Positions 29,295 to 38,101 of a stretch of DNA of 64,000 nucleotides are shown here, in pieces. The first letter of the stretch is position 1. Every line of letters starts with the position of its first letter. The DNA is taken from NCBI GenBank assembly GCA_038213495.1, contig JBBQSY010000004.1:3478-67477 (forward strand), read 5' to 3'. Source of the DNA: Bacteroidales bacterium (lineage in GTDB: Bacteria > Bacteroidota > Bacteroidia > Bacteroidales > UBA4417). Under the pieces are notes generated by a model. The model saw only the letters and a program-made list of their open reading frames with translations. It made no database searches and was not told the origin of the DNA. The position numbers were made by a program, and so were the translations under genes.

Positions 29295-29637
29295 AAAAGT
29301 AATTGTGACAGTTTGGCATGCATGCTGCCGGAATATTTTTGATCGTTAATTATTCAATAACCATGCCAGTAGTAAAACAATGCTGCTTTGTGTAAGTTCA
29401 AATTAAATAAATCTACAATACCTGATCGGGCATTTAAACGGTCTGTTTGATTTAAGGCCAAACCTTGATTGTATAAACGGGAATTTGATTAATTTTATTT
29501 CGGTTACCTGAAACTGTTTCCTGATTTTAACTCAGATCAACTGTAGAAAATCTTTAAAAATGCTCCAAATAAAACAAGTTTGCACGATGATTTAATTTAA
29601 GATTAAGTAACTATTCAGCCCTTAAATAATCTGTTTT

Positions 29638-29749
29638 GCCACAGATTTTACAGATTTGAGCAGATTTAGAACTGCTTTTAGCAGTATTCATAACAAAAAA
29701 AAGACCACAGGCATTTATACTTATCTGTGTAATCAGCGTAATCAGTGGC
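29638..29749. repeat. short-repeat / inverted-repeat element (CAGATTT family)
   Basis: CAGATTT occurs three times at 29642, 29651 and 29661. A hairpin ACTGCT-ttt-AGCAGT lies at 29671-29685 and an A8 run at 29695-29702. In opposite orientation there are ATCTGTG (29723-29729) and GTAATCAG twice (29729-29736, 29738-29745). The termini GCCACAG (29638-29644) and CAGTGGC (29743-29749) are inverted with one mismatch. Confidence 0.6.
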
Positions 29750-29804
29750 TTGTATAAATCCCTCATTGCATCGAACAGGTTGATAAATTACAAAAATTAT
29801 TCTT

Positions 29805-30992
29805 TTATAAAAACCTGTTCCCGCTTGTAAGCTCAAATACAGACTTAAAAATAATTTCTTCAATAGTATCAAAAGGCAGGCTGCGTCGTGCATAAACAGC
29901 TTTTGCGGTTTCCATCGCTTCGCTGAGTTTATGTTCGCGGAAACCAGAAACACCACCCCACATAAAAGATGGAATAAAATTACGTTGGTAACCGGCTCCG
30001 AAAATATTTGAACAAACTCCGGTTGTAGTACCCGAATTGAACATAGAACTTATTCCGGTTTTACAATGATCGCCCATCACCAGACCGCAAAATTGGAACC
30101 CGGTACTTACGAACCTGTTTGACCCATAACTCCATTGTTTTACAGGCTCATAATTATTTTTTAAGTTGCTCACCGTGGTTCCTGCACCCAGGTTGCACCA
30201 TTCGGCAATCACCGAATCGCCCATAAAGCCATCATGGGCCTTGCTCGAATAGCCAAATAATACACTGTTGCTGATTTCACCACCAACTTTACACCATGGC
30301 CCCAAAGTAACACCCTGGTATACAAGGGTTCCCATTTTTAATAAGGAATGTTCGCACAATGCAACCGGGCCTTCGATATGGCAGCCTGGCATTATTTCGG
30401 CATGCTTCCCTATATAAACGGGACCTTTTAGCGTGTTAACCGAAGAACACTCAATGGATACGCCTTCCTCAACAAATAAATCGTTTCCTGAAACCTGATT
30501 GGTAGGTGATATTTCAGCCGATTTCCGGTTATGGGTTAAAAGTCTAAAATCGTCGGTAATGGCTTTTTTGTTGTTTCCGAATATTTCCCAGGTTTGGCTG
30601 ATTTTTATGAAACTGGACTTTGTTTCACGGGTTTTAAGATCAGGAGCAATTCCCTGCCTGAAATGCTTCAGGTTTTCAGCTGTAAGATGGATTGCTATAA
30701 TAGTATTTCCGGCCATTAATGAAGTATCATCATCAAGGGAAAGGATCTCGGTGATAAGATCCTGGCTGGGTAATATCGATCCATTAATAAGAACATTGTC
30801 ATGACCAACTATAACAGGAAATTTCTCCTGCAGGTATTCCTCAGTGAGAAAGGAAACCGTTGAATTCAGATGTTTCTCCCACTTTTCATAAATAGTCAAA
30901 ATGCCAATCCGGATTGCGCTTACCGGCCTGAAAAATGTAAGCGGACGCAGCGAAATGCGGCTGTCATCATCGAAAAGTATAAAATTTTTCAT
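29805..30992 (-). CDS. putative sugar nucleotidyltransferase with left-handed beta-helix (GlmU-like)
   Basis: The N-terminal MKNFILFDDDSRISLRPLTFFRPVSAIRIGILT resembles the Bacteroidota GlmU-family proteins. The C-terminal hexapeptide-repeat region includes GDSVIAEWCNLGAGTTVSNLKNNY. Confidence 0.7.
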   Translation of the reverse strand: MKNFILFDDDSRISLRPLTFFRPVSAIRIGILTIYEKWEKHLNSTVSFLTEEYLQEKFPVIVGHDNVLINGSILPSQDLITEILSLDDDTSLMAGNTIIAIHLTAENLKHFRQGIAPDLKTRETKSSFIKISQTWEIFGNNKKAITDDFRLLTHNRKSAEISPTNQVSGNDLFVEEGVSIECSSVNTLKGPVYIGKHAEIMPGCHIEGPVALCEHSLLKMGTLVYQGVTLGPWCKVGGEISNSVLFGYSSKAHDGFMGDSVIAEWCNLGAGTTVSNLKNNYEPVKQWSYGSNRFVSTGFQFCGLVMGDHCKTGISSMFNSGTTTGVCSNIFGAGYQRNFIPSFMWGGVSGFREHKLSEAMETAKAVYARRSLPFDTIEEIIFKSVFELTSGNRFL

Positions 30993-31090
30993 TTGGTTTT
31001 ATAATAGCTGTATGCAGGCAATAAAGATACAAGCATAAGTTTATACAACAATGGTTTGCGACAAACTTTAGTTAAATTGTAGCGAAAGGC

Positions 31091-31119
31091 AAAAAAAAAG
31101 CTACCCGGACCGGATAGCT
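31091..31119 (-). terminator. Rho-independent terminator of the L31 gene
   Basis: Hairpin AGCTAcCCG-gac-CGGaTAGCT (31099-31119), followed on the minus strand by a T-run (complement of the A-run 31091-31098). It lies 29 nt after the stop at 31148. Confidence 0.6.
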
Positions 31120-31147
31120 CTAGTATTTTTGATGGTTAAACCAGGCA

Positions 31148-31420
31148 TTACTGAGTCTTCGACTTCATTTGTGCAGATTTTTCCATTTTCTGACGGAACT
31201 TGTCAACGCGACCTGTGGTATCAACCAATTTGATTTTTCCGGTGTAAAATGGATGCGAAGTGTTCGAGATTTCCAGTTTTACAAGCGGATATTCTTTACC
31301 ATCTTCCCATGTAGTACTCTCTTTTGTACTAACAGTGGAACGTGTGATAAACGAAAAATCGTTCGATATATCTTTAAAAACTACCAGGCGGTATTCCTTA
31401 GGGTGAATGTCTTTTCTCAT
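31148..31420 (-). CDS. rpmE: 50S ribosomal protein L31, type B
   Basis: [17 protein letters not shown]...SHPFYTGK...[10 protein letters not shown]. The CxxC zinc motif is absent, which indicates type B. Confidence 0.92.
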   Translation of the reverse strand: MRKDIHPKEYRLVVFKDISNDFSFITRSTVSTKESTTWEDGKEYPLVKLEISNTSHPFYTGKIKLVDTTGRVDKFRQKMEKSAQMKSKTQ

Positions 31421-31448
31421 GATGCTTTCAGCTTAAATTTCAGGGCTG

Positions 31449-31479
31449 CAAAATTATACATTTTTTCCTCACAAACAAA
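31449..31479 (-). promoter_or_regulatory. candidate Bacteroidota promoter of rpmE (-33 TTTG / -7 TAATTTTG)
   Basis: On the minus strand, TTTG (complement of 31476-31479) is followed by a 19-nt spacer and TAATTTTG (complement of 31449-31456). This is 28 nt upstream of the ATG at 31420. It matches the published TTTG-N19-21-TAnnTTTG consensus. Confidence 0.5.
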
Positions 31480-31535
31480 TATTCGGGACTTTTTATTTAA
31501 CAATATTTTGTTGACTTGTTTTTTGGCCCCGGTAT

Positions 31536-32609
31536 TTACAGATTGATAAGGAACTTTATAGTATCAATCCCATCCGCATAGTCTTTTAATCCGGGACTTT
31601 GTGTGCTACCCAGGGGTACTGTTTTTTTACCTGTAAATGCATCAGTAGCAATGCATTGAATATGTTCATCATCGAGCAGAAACTTTTTACGTAAATCATC
31701 TGCATCTTTGTAGAATTCGTAGAAAAGCACAGGAATAGGAGAGGAGTATTTTTCGGATTCGGTTAGAATAAATACATCATTATCCAGGTGCGGAGTAGTG
31801 ATCAGTAAATAAATTGAATGGTGATAACTGTAATTATTCATGTATTTGAAATGATCGTTGAGGATCATTTTATAGGGTTCGATCGCGACGAAAAGTTTTT
31901 CGGGAGCAAAACCTTCAGGAATGAAAACTTTGGAAACATTGCGGCAACCTAGTCCGTAATACATGCAGATGTCGTTTCCAAGCATACGGAGCGATTCTTC
32001 AGTTTCATTACCATTAAGAACAGCTACGCCATTTCTGTTTTTACGGATTATATGGGGGTATTTCGAAAAATAGTATTCAAAATACCGGGCCGTATTATTG
32101 CTTCCAGTCGCAATTATTGCATCAAAATGTTTAAGGGTGCTATCGGTAAAGCTGATCATCTCCTTAAATGCTGGCTCTATCCGGCAAAGAACATCTGCAA
32201 GAGCCGGCAGCAGTATTTTATCATCTGTCGAAAGTTTACCTATAAAGTTGTGTCCTGCCATTAAGGTGCAGAAAAAATCGTGGAAACCAACAAGCGGGAT
32301 ATTGCCGGCCATAATTACCGCAACTATTTTTGGTGAGTGGTTTTCTTCACTTACAGCGTATTCCTGAATCCATGAGCTGATTTCATCTGCTGTTAACTTT
32401 TCGCTCCAGGCATTTAAAGAATATGAAATGTTGGCTTGGGTGAACCAGGGATTGTAGTGACTGGCACTCTTGAGCGATTCATGTAATTCAGGATACTGAT
32501 CAACAAAATCCTTATCAGGTCGGTCAAGACTCCGTGCTGCATAGCCCATGACTTTCCCAAGTCCGGCAAATGCCATAATTCGCGAATGAAGTGAGGAAGG
32601 CTGAATCAT
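31536..32609 (-). CDS. LuxC-like acyl-CoA reductase family protein
   Basis: The ORF extends to 32756. Family members I recall are ~350 aa and begin near the ...RIMAFAGLGKVM block, so the ATG at 32609 (MIQPSSLHSRIMAFAGLG) is the likelier start. An ALDH-like core with YYGLGCRNVSK is present. Confidence 0.6.
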   Translation of the reverse strand: MIQPSSLHSRIMAFAGLGKVMGYAARSLDRPDKDFVDQYPELHESLKSASHYNPWFTQANISYSLNAWSEKLTADEISSWIQEYAVSEENHSPKIVAVIMAGNIPLVGFHDFFCTLMAGHNFIGKLSTDDKILLPALADVLCRIEPAFKEMISFTDSTLKHFDAIIATGSNNTARYFEYYFSKYPHIIRKNRNGVAVLNGNETEESLRMLGNDICMYYGLGCRNVSKVFIPEGFAPEKLFVAIEPYKMILNDHFKYMNNYSYHHSIYLLITTPHLDNDVFILTESEKYSSPIPVLFYEFYKDADDLRKKFLLDDEHIQCIATDAFTGKKTVPLGSTQSPGLKDYADGIDTIKFLINL

Positions 32610-32712
32610 ACTTTTTAGAAAATCTGACGTTATAAGAGAATAATCAACGGCGAAATTACCCGTAAAAATTATACTTTTGTCATTTAATCTAACTTTTTTG
32701 TTGAAATTCAGG

Positions 32713-33597
32713 ATGAAATTTTTAATTCTATCTTCAATACTTACTTTCTTTTTCATTACTGATTGTGCATATTCACAACCGGCTGGCTCTTATCCGGGGC
32801 TTCAGGATTCATTAAGCAGCTTAAGTTCTCTCATCTGGAAACAAAAAACTGATTCGGCAAGGCTTATTGCAAATGAGATATTCTTCAAAAAGTTTCAGTC
32901 CGTTCTTAAATCCGGGAAAACAGCCGGTTATACTTTCGATTCGATCTATGGAATTACAAGGATTGCTTCGGAAAACGGGAACCTACGGATATTTACCTGG
33001 AACGTGCCGCTGGCCGATGGTACAAACAAGTATTTTGGTTTCGTTCAATTCATACAGGATTCTGTTAAACTTGCTCCTTTAAAATCAGTTAAAGACTATC
33101 CGGCTGATATTGAATCGAAGCAATTGACGCATGAATCGTGGTATGGTGCGATATATTATAAGATTATCGACACAAAAATAGGCGAACAAAAAACATATAC
33201 GCTACTTGGCTGGGATGGGTATACTTCGACTTCAAACCGTAAAATAATCGATATTATCTATCAGGATCCATCTGGTAATATTGTATTGGGCATGCCAGTC
33301 TTTAAAACGGATCAGGGTATAAAATCGCGCGTGGTTAAAGAATATTCGGAAAAAGCCAATATGCTCCTCAGGTATGATTACCAGGCTATTATGGTTAAAA
33401 AAAAGAAAAAGATCAAAAAAGAAGAAACCTGGCTTATAGTAATGGATCGGCTCATACCCATGGACCCTTCGCTGAAAGGAATGCCTAAATATTACGTGGC
33501 TGCTGGCGATATCTATGATGGATTTATTTTCAGAAACGGTTACTGGGTTCTGGTTGAAGATATTGATGTGGTAAACCGGGAGAAAGCATTAAAATAA
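32713..33597 (+). CDS. hypothetical secreted protein
   Basis: The ATG at 32713 gives the signal peptide MKFLILSSILTFFFITDCAYSQ. The ORF-track start at 32677 adds 12 non-signal residues. An internal KKKKKIKKEE tract is present. Confidence 0.6.
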   Translation: MKFLILSSILTFFFITDCAYSQPAGSYPGLQDSLSSLSSLIWKQKTDSARLIANEIFFKKFQSVLKSGKTAGYTFDSIYGITRIASENGNLRIFTWNVPLADGTNKYFGFVQFIQDSVKLAPLKSVKDYPADIESKQLTHESWYGAIYYKIIDTKIGEQKTYTLLGWDGYTSTSNRKIIDIIYQDPSGNIVLGMPVFKTDQGIKSRVVKEYSEKANMLLRYDYQAIMVKKKKKIKKEETWLIVMDRLIPMDPSLKGMPKYYVAAGDIYDGFIFRNGYWVLVEDIDVVNREKALK

Positions 33598-33616
33598 GCC
33601 TGGGATAAAATCATTT

Positions 33617-33640
33617 GCCTCTGTCGTGGAGGCATTTTTA
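33617..33640 (+). terminator. Rho-independent terminator after the secreted-protein gene
   Basis: GCCTC-tgtcgtg-GAGGC (33617-33633) followed by ATTTTTA, 20 nt after the stop at 33597. Confidence 0.6.
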
Positions 33641-33864
33641 GTTTTGTACGGTACACTGAGCCTCCGGTATAATAGCTTCCTTGTATAAGATGGCATCCCA
33701 AAGCTTTATAGAATTTAGTATCTTTCATCATATTTCATTTAGATGATAGATTATTAATATTCCTGTTGACATCCTTACGTGAAATTGATAATATTTAAAT
33801 AGCTAAATCCTTAGATATAAGATTAAATTCATGTAGAAAAAGTACAATTAAATTCTTATTTTTT

Positions 33865-33896
33865 TTTGCCTGCTCCGTAATAATTTTATAATTTTG
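33865..33896 (+). promoter_or_regulatory. candidate promoter of serC-serA (-33 TTTG / -7 TAATTTTG)
   Basis: TTTG (33865-33868), a 20-nt spacer, then TAATTTTG (33889-33896). This lies ~95 nt upstream of the serC ATG. Confidence 0.45.
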
Positions 33897-33991
33897 CATA
33901 AATTCATGATCATGCTCATTTGTCCAGAACAAAGTTGATTGTTAATTATAAAATTCAGCAAATCAATGTATTAATATAATTCCTTTACGAA

Positions 33992-35062
33992 ATGAAAAAA
34001 TATAACTTTAATGCCGGTCCATCAATTCTTCCCCGGGTTGCAATTGAAAATACAGCTAAGGCCATTCTCGACCTGAATGGTATCGGTTTATCGATTCTTG
34101 AAATTTCTCACCGGAGTAAAGAGTTCCAGGCAATAATGGACGAAGCTGTATCCTTATTTAAGGAAGTGCTTGATGTGCCCGAAGGGTATCAGGTCCTTTT
34201 TCTTGGAGGCGGAGCAAGTTTACAGTTTTGCATGATCCCGTTCAACCTTATGAATAAAAAGGCCGCTTACCTCGAAACCGGAGTGTGGGCCAAAAAAGCA
34301 ATTAAGGAAGCAAAATTATTCGGAGAAGTTGCTGTAATCGGATCTTCGGCTGATAAAAACTTCAATTACATTCCATCGGGCTGGGAAATCCCATCCGATG
34401 CCGATTATTTCCACATTACAACAAACAACACCATTTATGGCACCGAAATCAGGGAAGATTACAGCAGCCCTGTACCGATGATTGCCGATATGTCGAGTGA
34501 TATACTCAGCCGGCCTGTAGATGTATCAAAATATGCTATGATCTATGGCGGGGCACAGAAAAATGCAGGCCCGGCCGGTGTTACCTTTGTTATTATCCGC
34601 GAGGATATTCTGGGCAAAGTGGAGCGGGCTATTCCATCAATGCTCGACTACCGGATTCATATAAAGGAAGGATCCATGTTTAATACCCCTCCCTGCTTAA
34701 GTATTTTCACCTTAAAAGAAACACTCAAATGGGTAAAGGAAATGGGTGGCGTGAAAAAAATGGAGGAAATGAATATTGTAAAAGCCAAACTTCTTTATGA
34801 TGCCATCGATATCAGCAAAATATTTGAAGGGACCGCAGCGCTTGATGCACGCTCGCTGATGAACATTTGTTTTGTGATGAAGGAGCAGTATAAAGACAAA
34901 GAAGATGCCTTTATGGAATTTGCCAAATCGCAGGGAATGATCGGTATAAAAGGACACCGTTCGGTAGGTGGTTTCAGGGCTTCGACTTACAATGCCCTCC
35001 CGATTGAAAGCGTGCAGGCTCTTGTGAATTGCATGAATGAGTTTGAAAAAACAAACAGCTAG
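33992..35062 (+). CDS. serC: 3-phosphoserine/phosphohydroxythreonine aminotransferase
   Basis: [30 protein letters not shown] and [20 protein letters not shown] (PLP-lysine in AQKN). Confidence 0.95.
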   Translation: MKKYNFNAGPSILPRVAIENTAKAILDLNGIGLSILEISHRSKEFQAIMDEAVSLFKEVLDVPEGYQVLFLGGGASLQFCMIPFNLMNKKAAYLETGVWAKKAIKEAKLFGEVAVIGSSADKNFNYIPSGWEIPSDADYFHITTNNTIYGTEIREDYSSPVPMIADMSSDILSRPVDVSKYAMIYGGAQKNAGPAGVTFVIIREDILGKVERAIPSMLDYRIHIKEGSMFNTPPCLSIFTLKETLKWVKEMGGVKKMEEMNIVKAKLLYDAIDISKIFEGTAALDARSLMNICFVMKEQYKDKEDAFMEFAKSQGMIGIKGHRSVGGFRASTYNALPIESVQALVNCMNEFEKTNS

Positions 35063-35101
35063 CTTTCCGGATTAACATTTTAATTTTCAAATCGAAATCA
35101 C

Positions 35102-36025
35102 ATGAAAAAAATACTGATAGCCACTGATAAGCCATTTGCTAAAGCAGCAGTGGAAGGGATAAGAAAAATTGTTGAAGAAGCAGGGTTTAAACTGGCACTG
35201 CTCGAAAATTATACCCAAAAGGAACAACTAATGCAAGCAGCTGCTGATGCTCATGCAATAATTATCAGGAGTGATATAATTGACAGCGAGGTGATTGAAT
35301 CCACAAAAAACCTTAAGATAGTTGTAAGAGCAGGGGCGGGGTACGATAACATTGATCTGGTCGCTGCAACTGCCAAAGGGATTGTTGCCATGAATACCCC
35401 GGGCCAGAACTCAAATGCGGTAGCTGAGCTTACTGTAGGTATGATGGTGTATGCAGCCCGAAATAATTTCAACGGATCGTCAGGAACTGAACTTAAAGGG
35501 AAAAAGCTTGGATTACACGCTTTTGGTTTTGTAGGAAAAGCAGTTGCAACCATCGCACATGGATTCGGAATGGAAATTTATGCATTCGATCCTTTTGTTG
35601 ACAGGAAAACTATTGAAGATGAAGGAATTAACTATCTTGATAATGTACAGGATCTGTATAAAACCTGCCAGTATGTTTCGCTGCATATGCCGGCAAATGC
35701 CCAAACAAAAAAATCAATAAATTACGATTTGCTGTCGTTGATGCCAAAAGGCGCAACTCTGATTAATACGGCCCGTAAAGAAGTTGTTGATGAAGAAGGA
35801 TTAATTCAGATGTTCGGCAGCAGAGATGATTTTAAATATATTTCGGATGTTGAGCCTGATTGTAAAGTGCTGATTGCAGAAAAATATTCAGGCAGATTTT
35901 ACTTCACACCCAAGAAAATGGGCGCACAGACTTCCGAAGCCAACAACAATGCCGGAGTAGCAGCTGCCAGGCAAATTGTAGATTTTTTCACCAATGGAGT
36001 AACAAAATACCAGGTAAATAAATAG
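35102..36025 (+). CDS. serA: D-3-phosphoglycerate dehydrogenase (short form, D-2-hydroxyacid dehydrogenase family)
   Basis: LGLHAFGFVGKAVA is a GxGxxG motif. VSLHMPA and the INTARKEVVDEE block are present. It starts 39 bp after serC. Confidence 0.8.
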   Translation: MKKILIATDKPFAKAAVEGIRKIVEEAGFKLALLENYTQKEQLMQAAADAHAIIIRSDIIDSEVIESTKNLKIVVRAGAGYDNIDLVAATAKGIVAMNTPGQNSNAVAELTVGMMVYAARNNFNGSSGTELKGKKLGLHAFGFVGKAVATIAHGFGMEIYAFDPFVDRKTIEDEGINYLDNVQDLYKTCQYVSLHMPANAQTKKSINYDLLSLMPKGATLINTARKEVVDEEGLIQMFGSRDDFKYISDVEPDCKVLIAEKYSGRFYFTPKKMGAQTSEANNNAGVAAARQIVDFFTNGVTKYQVNK

Positions 36026-36262
36026 CAGTACCGGATTATAATCCTTGGCTGAAGCCCTTGAGGAAAGGTTCTTATCGAACGGATTTGAATCTTTAATTTA
36101 ATAATCTGAATCCTGATGAATGAACTAAAGTAAAAAAGACTGGCACTGTCAAACAACTTTCTTGTTTTTATGTTTGTATCGTTGTATATTAGCTGAAAAT
36201 TTCTGAAGTTGCAAGTATATTCTTAGTACCAGTATATTTTCAAAACCAAAAACCACATACTA

Positions 36263-36673
36263 ATGGAAACTGAACTCGACAAAACTGCTACTTTTTTTCG
36301 TTTCGAGGACTTAAGGATATACCTCAAAGCTCTTGATTATATTGATTGGGTCTATACAAAGGTGAACAAATTCCCCGAAACCGGCTCAATATCGTTGGCT
36401 TCTCATTTTTATAATTCTGCGCAGGCTATAGCTCTTCATATTGCTGAAGGATCTGCGCGTAACAAGGCCCAGTTTATCCATTATTTGAAAATGGCTAAAA
36501 GCAGTGTTCGTGAATGTGTTGTCCATAGTTCGATGGCTTCAAAGCAGAAGTTTTTTACCAATGAAGATCTGGACGAATCCCGTAACCAGTTGATGGAAAT
36601 GACTAAAATGCTGGGTGCTTTAATAGGTTCTCTTCAGCGTTCTGCCGGAATTGTTGATAATGATGATGATTGA
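36263..36673 (+). CDS. four-helix bundle protein (23S rRNA intervening-sequence protein / Avd-like family)
   Basis: HIAEGSARNKAQFIHYLKMAKSSVRECVVH matches the IAEG...R...F..fL..A.gS..E hallmark of this family. It is 136 aa long. Confidence 0.8.
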   Translation: METELDKTATFFRFEDLRIYLKALDYIDWVYTKVNKFPETGSISLASHFYNSAQAIALHIAEGSARNKAQFIHYLKMAKSSVRECVVHSSMASKQKFFTNEDLDESRNQLMEMTKMLGALIGSLQRSAGIVDNDDD

Positions 36674-36765
36674 TAAATTTACTTTTCGTATTCATTTCTA
36701 TCCTGGTATTGTTCAATGATCCTGCTTATCATTGATTTTCTCTTTTTTAATTCTATCATACAAAT

Positions 36766-36784
36766 GCACAACACAATGTTGTGC
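36766..36784 (+). terminator. hairpin between the four-helix-bundle gene and the DUF1015 gene
   Basis: GCACAAC-acaat-GTTGTGC forms a 7-bp perfect stem. It is followed by TGATAATTTGTT, a weak U-tract. Confidence 0.4.
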
Positions 36785-36827
36785 TGATAATTTGTTAAAA
36801 AGCTCACCTGAAATTAAATCACAACCC

Positions 36828-38078
36828 ATGGCAATTCTTAAAGCATTTAAAGGTTTACGGCCACCTGTTAATATTGTAAAGCAATTAGCATCAAGGCCTT
36901 ATGATGTGTTAAACTCTGAAGAAGCCCGGCAGGAAGCGAAAGACAATCCTTATTCGTTACTCAGGGTTACGAAAGCTGAAATTGATCTGCCCAAAGATGT
37001 TGACGTTCATGGAGAAGAAGTTTACAATAAAGTGGTTGAGAACTTTTCCGCCTTTATTGACAAAAAATGGCTGGTTCAGGATAGTGATGAAAAATTATAC
37101 ATCTATGCCCAGACCATGGATGGCCGCACACAATATGGAATTGTTGGTTGTACCAGTATCGAAGATTATTTTAATAACAAAATCAAAAAGCATGAATTAA
37201 CACGAAAGGACAAAGAAGAAGACCGGATGATTCATGTGCGGATTACCAATGCCAATGTCGAACCCGTTTTTTTTTCCTATCCTGCAAATAAAAGTATTGA
37301 CGAAATTGTTTCAAAAATTGTTACCCATAATAAACCTATGTACGATTTTGTAGCCGATGATGGATTTGGTCATCATTTCTGGACAATTGACGACAAGGTT
37401 ACTATCAATAGAATTATTGAAATATTTGATCAGGAAATACCAAGCCTGTATGTTGCTGACGGCCATCATCGTACTGCAGCTGCGGCATTGGTAGGCAAGG
37501 AAAAACGTAAGAATAATCCCAACCATACCGGAAAAGAGGAATACAATTATTTTATGTCGGTACTTTTTCCAGATAATCAACTGAAGATTATCGATTATAA
37601 TCGGCTGGTAAAAGATTTGAATAACTTCAGTAGCAAGGAATTTTTGCAGGAACTTAATAAAGTTTTTATTGTCGAAGGTAAAGGCGATGAATTATATACC
37701 CCTTCTTCCTTACACAATTTTGCAATGTACTTTGAAGGAGAATGGTATTCGTTAACGGCAAAAGAAGGAACGTTTAACGACAATGACCCTATCGGCCTAC
37801 TTGACGTTACAATACTCTCCAGCCTGGTGTTGGATAATATCCTGGATATTAAAGACCTGCGCACTTCCACCCGGGTTGATTTTGTTGGGGGTATCCGTGG
37901 TTTAGGCGAACTTAAAAAGAGAGTGGATAGTGGAGAAATGAAAGCTGCTTTTGCTCTTTTTCCTGTATCGATGAAACAATTAATCGATATTGCTGATACC
38001 GGTAATATTATGCCTCCCAAAACAACATGGTTTGAACCTAAATTGCGCAGTGGCCTGGTGATGCATCTGCTCACCTAG
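36828..38078 (+). CDS. DUF1015 domain-containing protein
   Basis: MAILKAFKGLRP... is the typical N-terminus and the ADGHHRTAAA hallmark is present. The ORF-track start at 36732 adds a Cys-rich extension that overlaps the hairpin above, so the ATG at 36828 is preferred. Confidence 0.82.
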   Translation: MAILKAFKGLRPPVNIVKQLASRPYDVLNSEEARQEAKDNPYSLLRVTKAEIDLPKDVDVHGEEVYNKVVENFSAFIDKKWLVQDSDEKLYIYAQTMDGRTQYGIVGCTSIEDYFNNKIKKHELTRKDKEEDRMIHVRITNANVEPVFFSYPANKSIDEIVSKIVTHNKPMYDFVADDGFGHHFWTIDDKVTINRIIEIFDQEIPSLYVADGHHRTAAAALVGKEKRKNNPNHTGKEEYNYFMSVLFPDNQLKIIDYNRLVKDLNNFSSKEFLQELNKVFIVEGKGDELYTPSSLHNFAMYFEGEWYSLTAKEGTFNDNDPIGLLDVTILSSLVLDNILDIKDLRTSTRVDFVGGIRGLGELKKRVDSGEMKAAFALFPVSMKQLIDIADTGNIMPPKTTWFEPKLRSGLVMHLLT

Positions 38079-38101
38079 GGCATTTGAATTCCGATCAGGA
38101 A

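Noticed and set aside
29678-29956. 92-aa minus-strand ORF ending ...TDYADYTDKYKCLWSFFCYEYC.
   Set aside because: Its C-terminal part is just the translation of the CAGATTT/GTAATCAG repeat element. Its N-terminal part overlaps the 3' end of the nucleotidyltransferase gene in another frame.
32610-32756. Apparent 44-bp head-to-head overlap of the LuxC-like gene (ORF start 32756) with the divergent secreted-protein gene (ATG 32713).
   Set aside because: The first ~49 residues of the minus-strand ORF have no counterpart in family members as I recall them. The internal ATG at 32609 gives a ~358-aa protein starting at the conserved block. With that start the genes are separated by ~100 bp.
36732-36827. 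Cys-rich N-terminal extension (MIFSFLILSYKCTTQCCADN...) of the DUF1015 ORF.
   Set aside because: The family N-terminus MAILKAFKGLRP starts at the ATG at 36828. The extension overlaps a perfect 7-bp hairpin (36766-36784), which looks like the terminator of the upstream gene.
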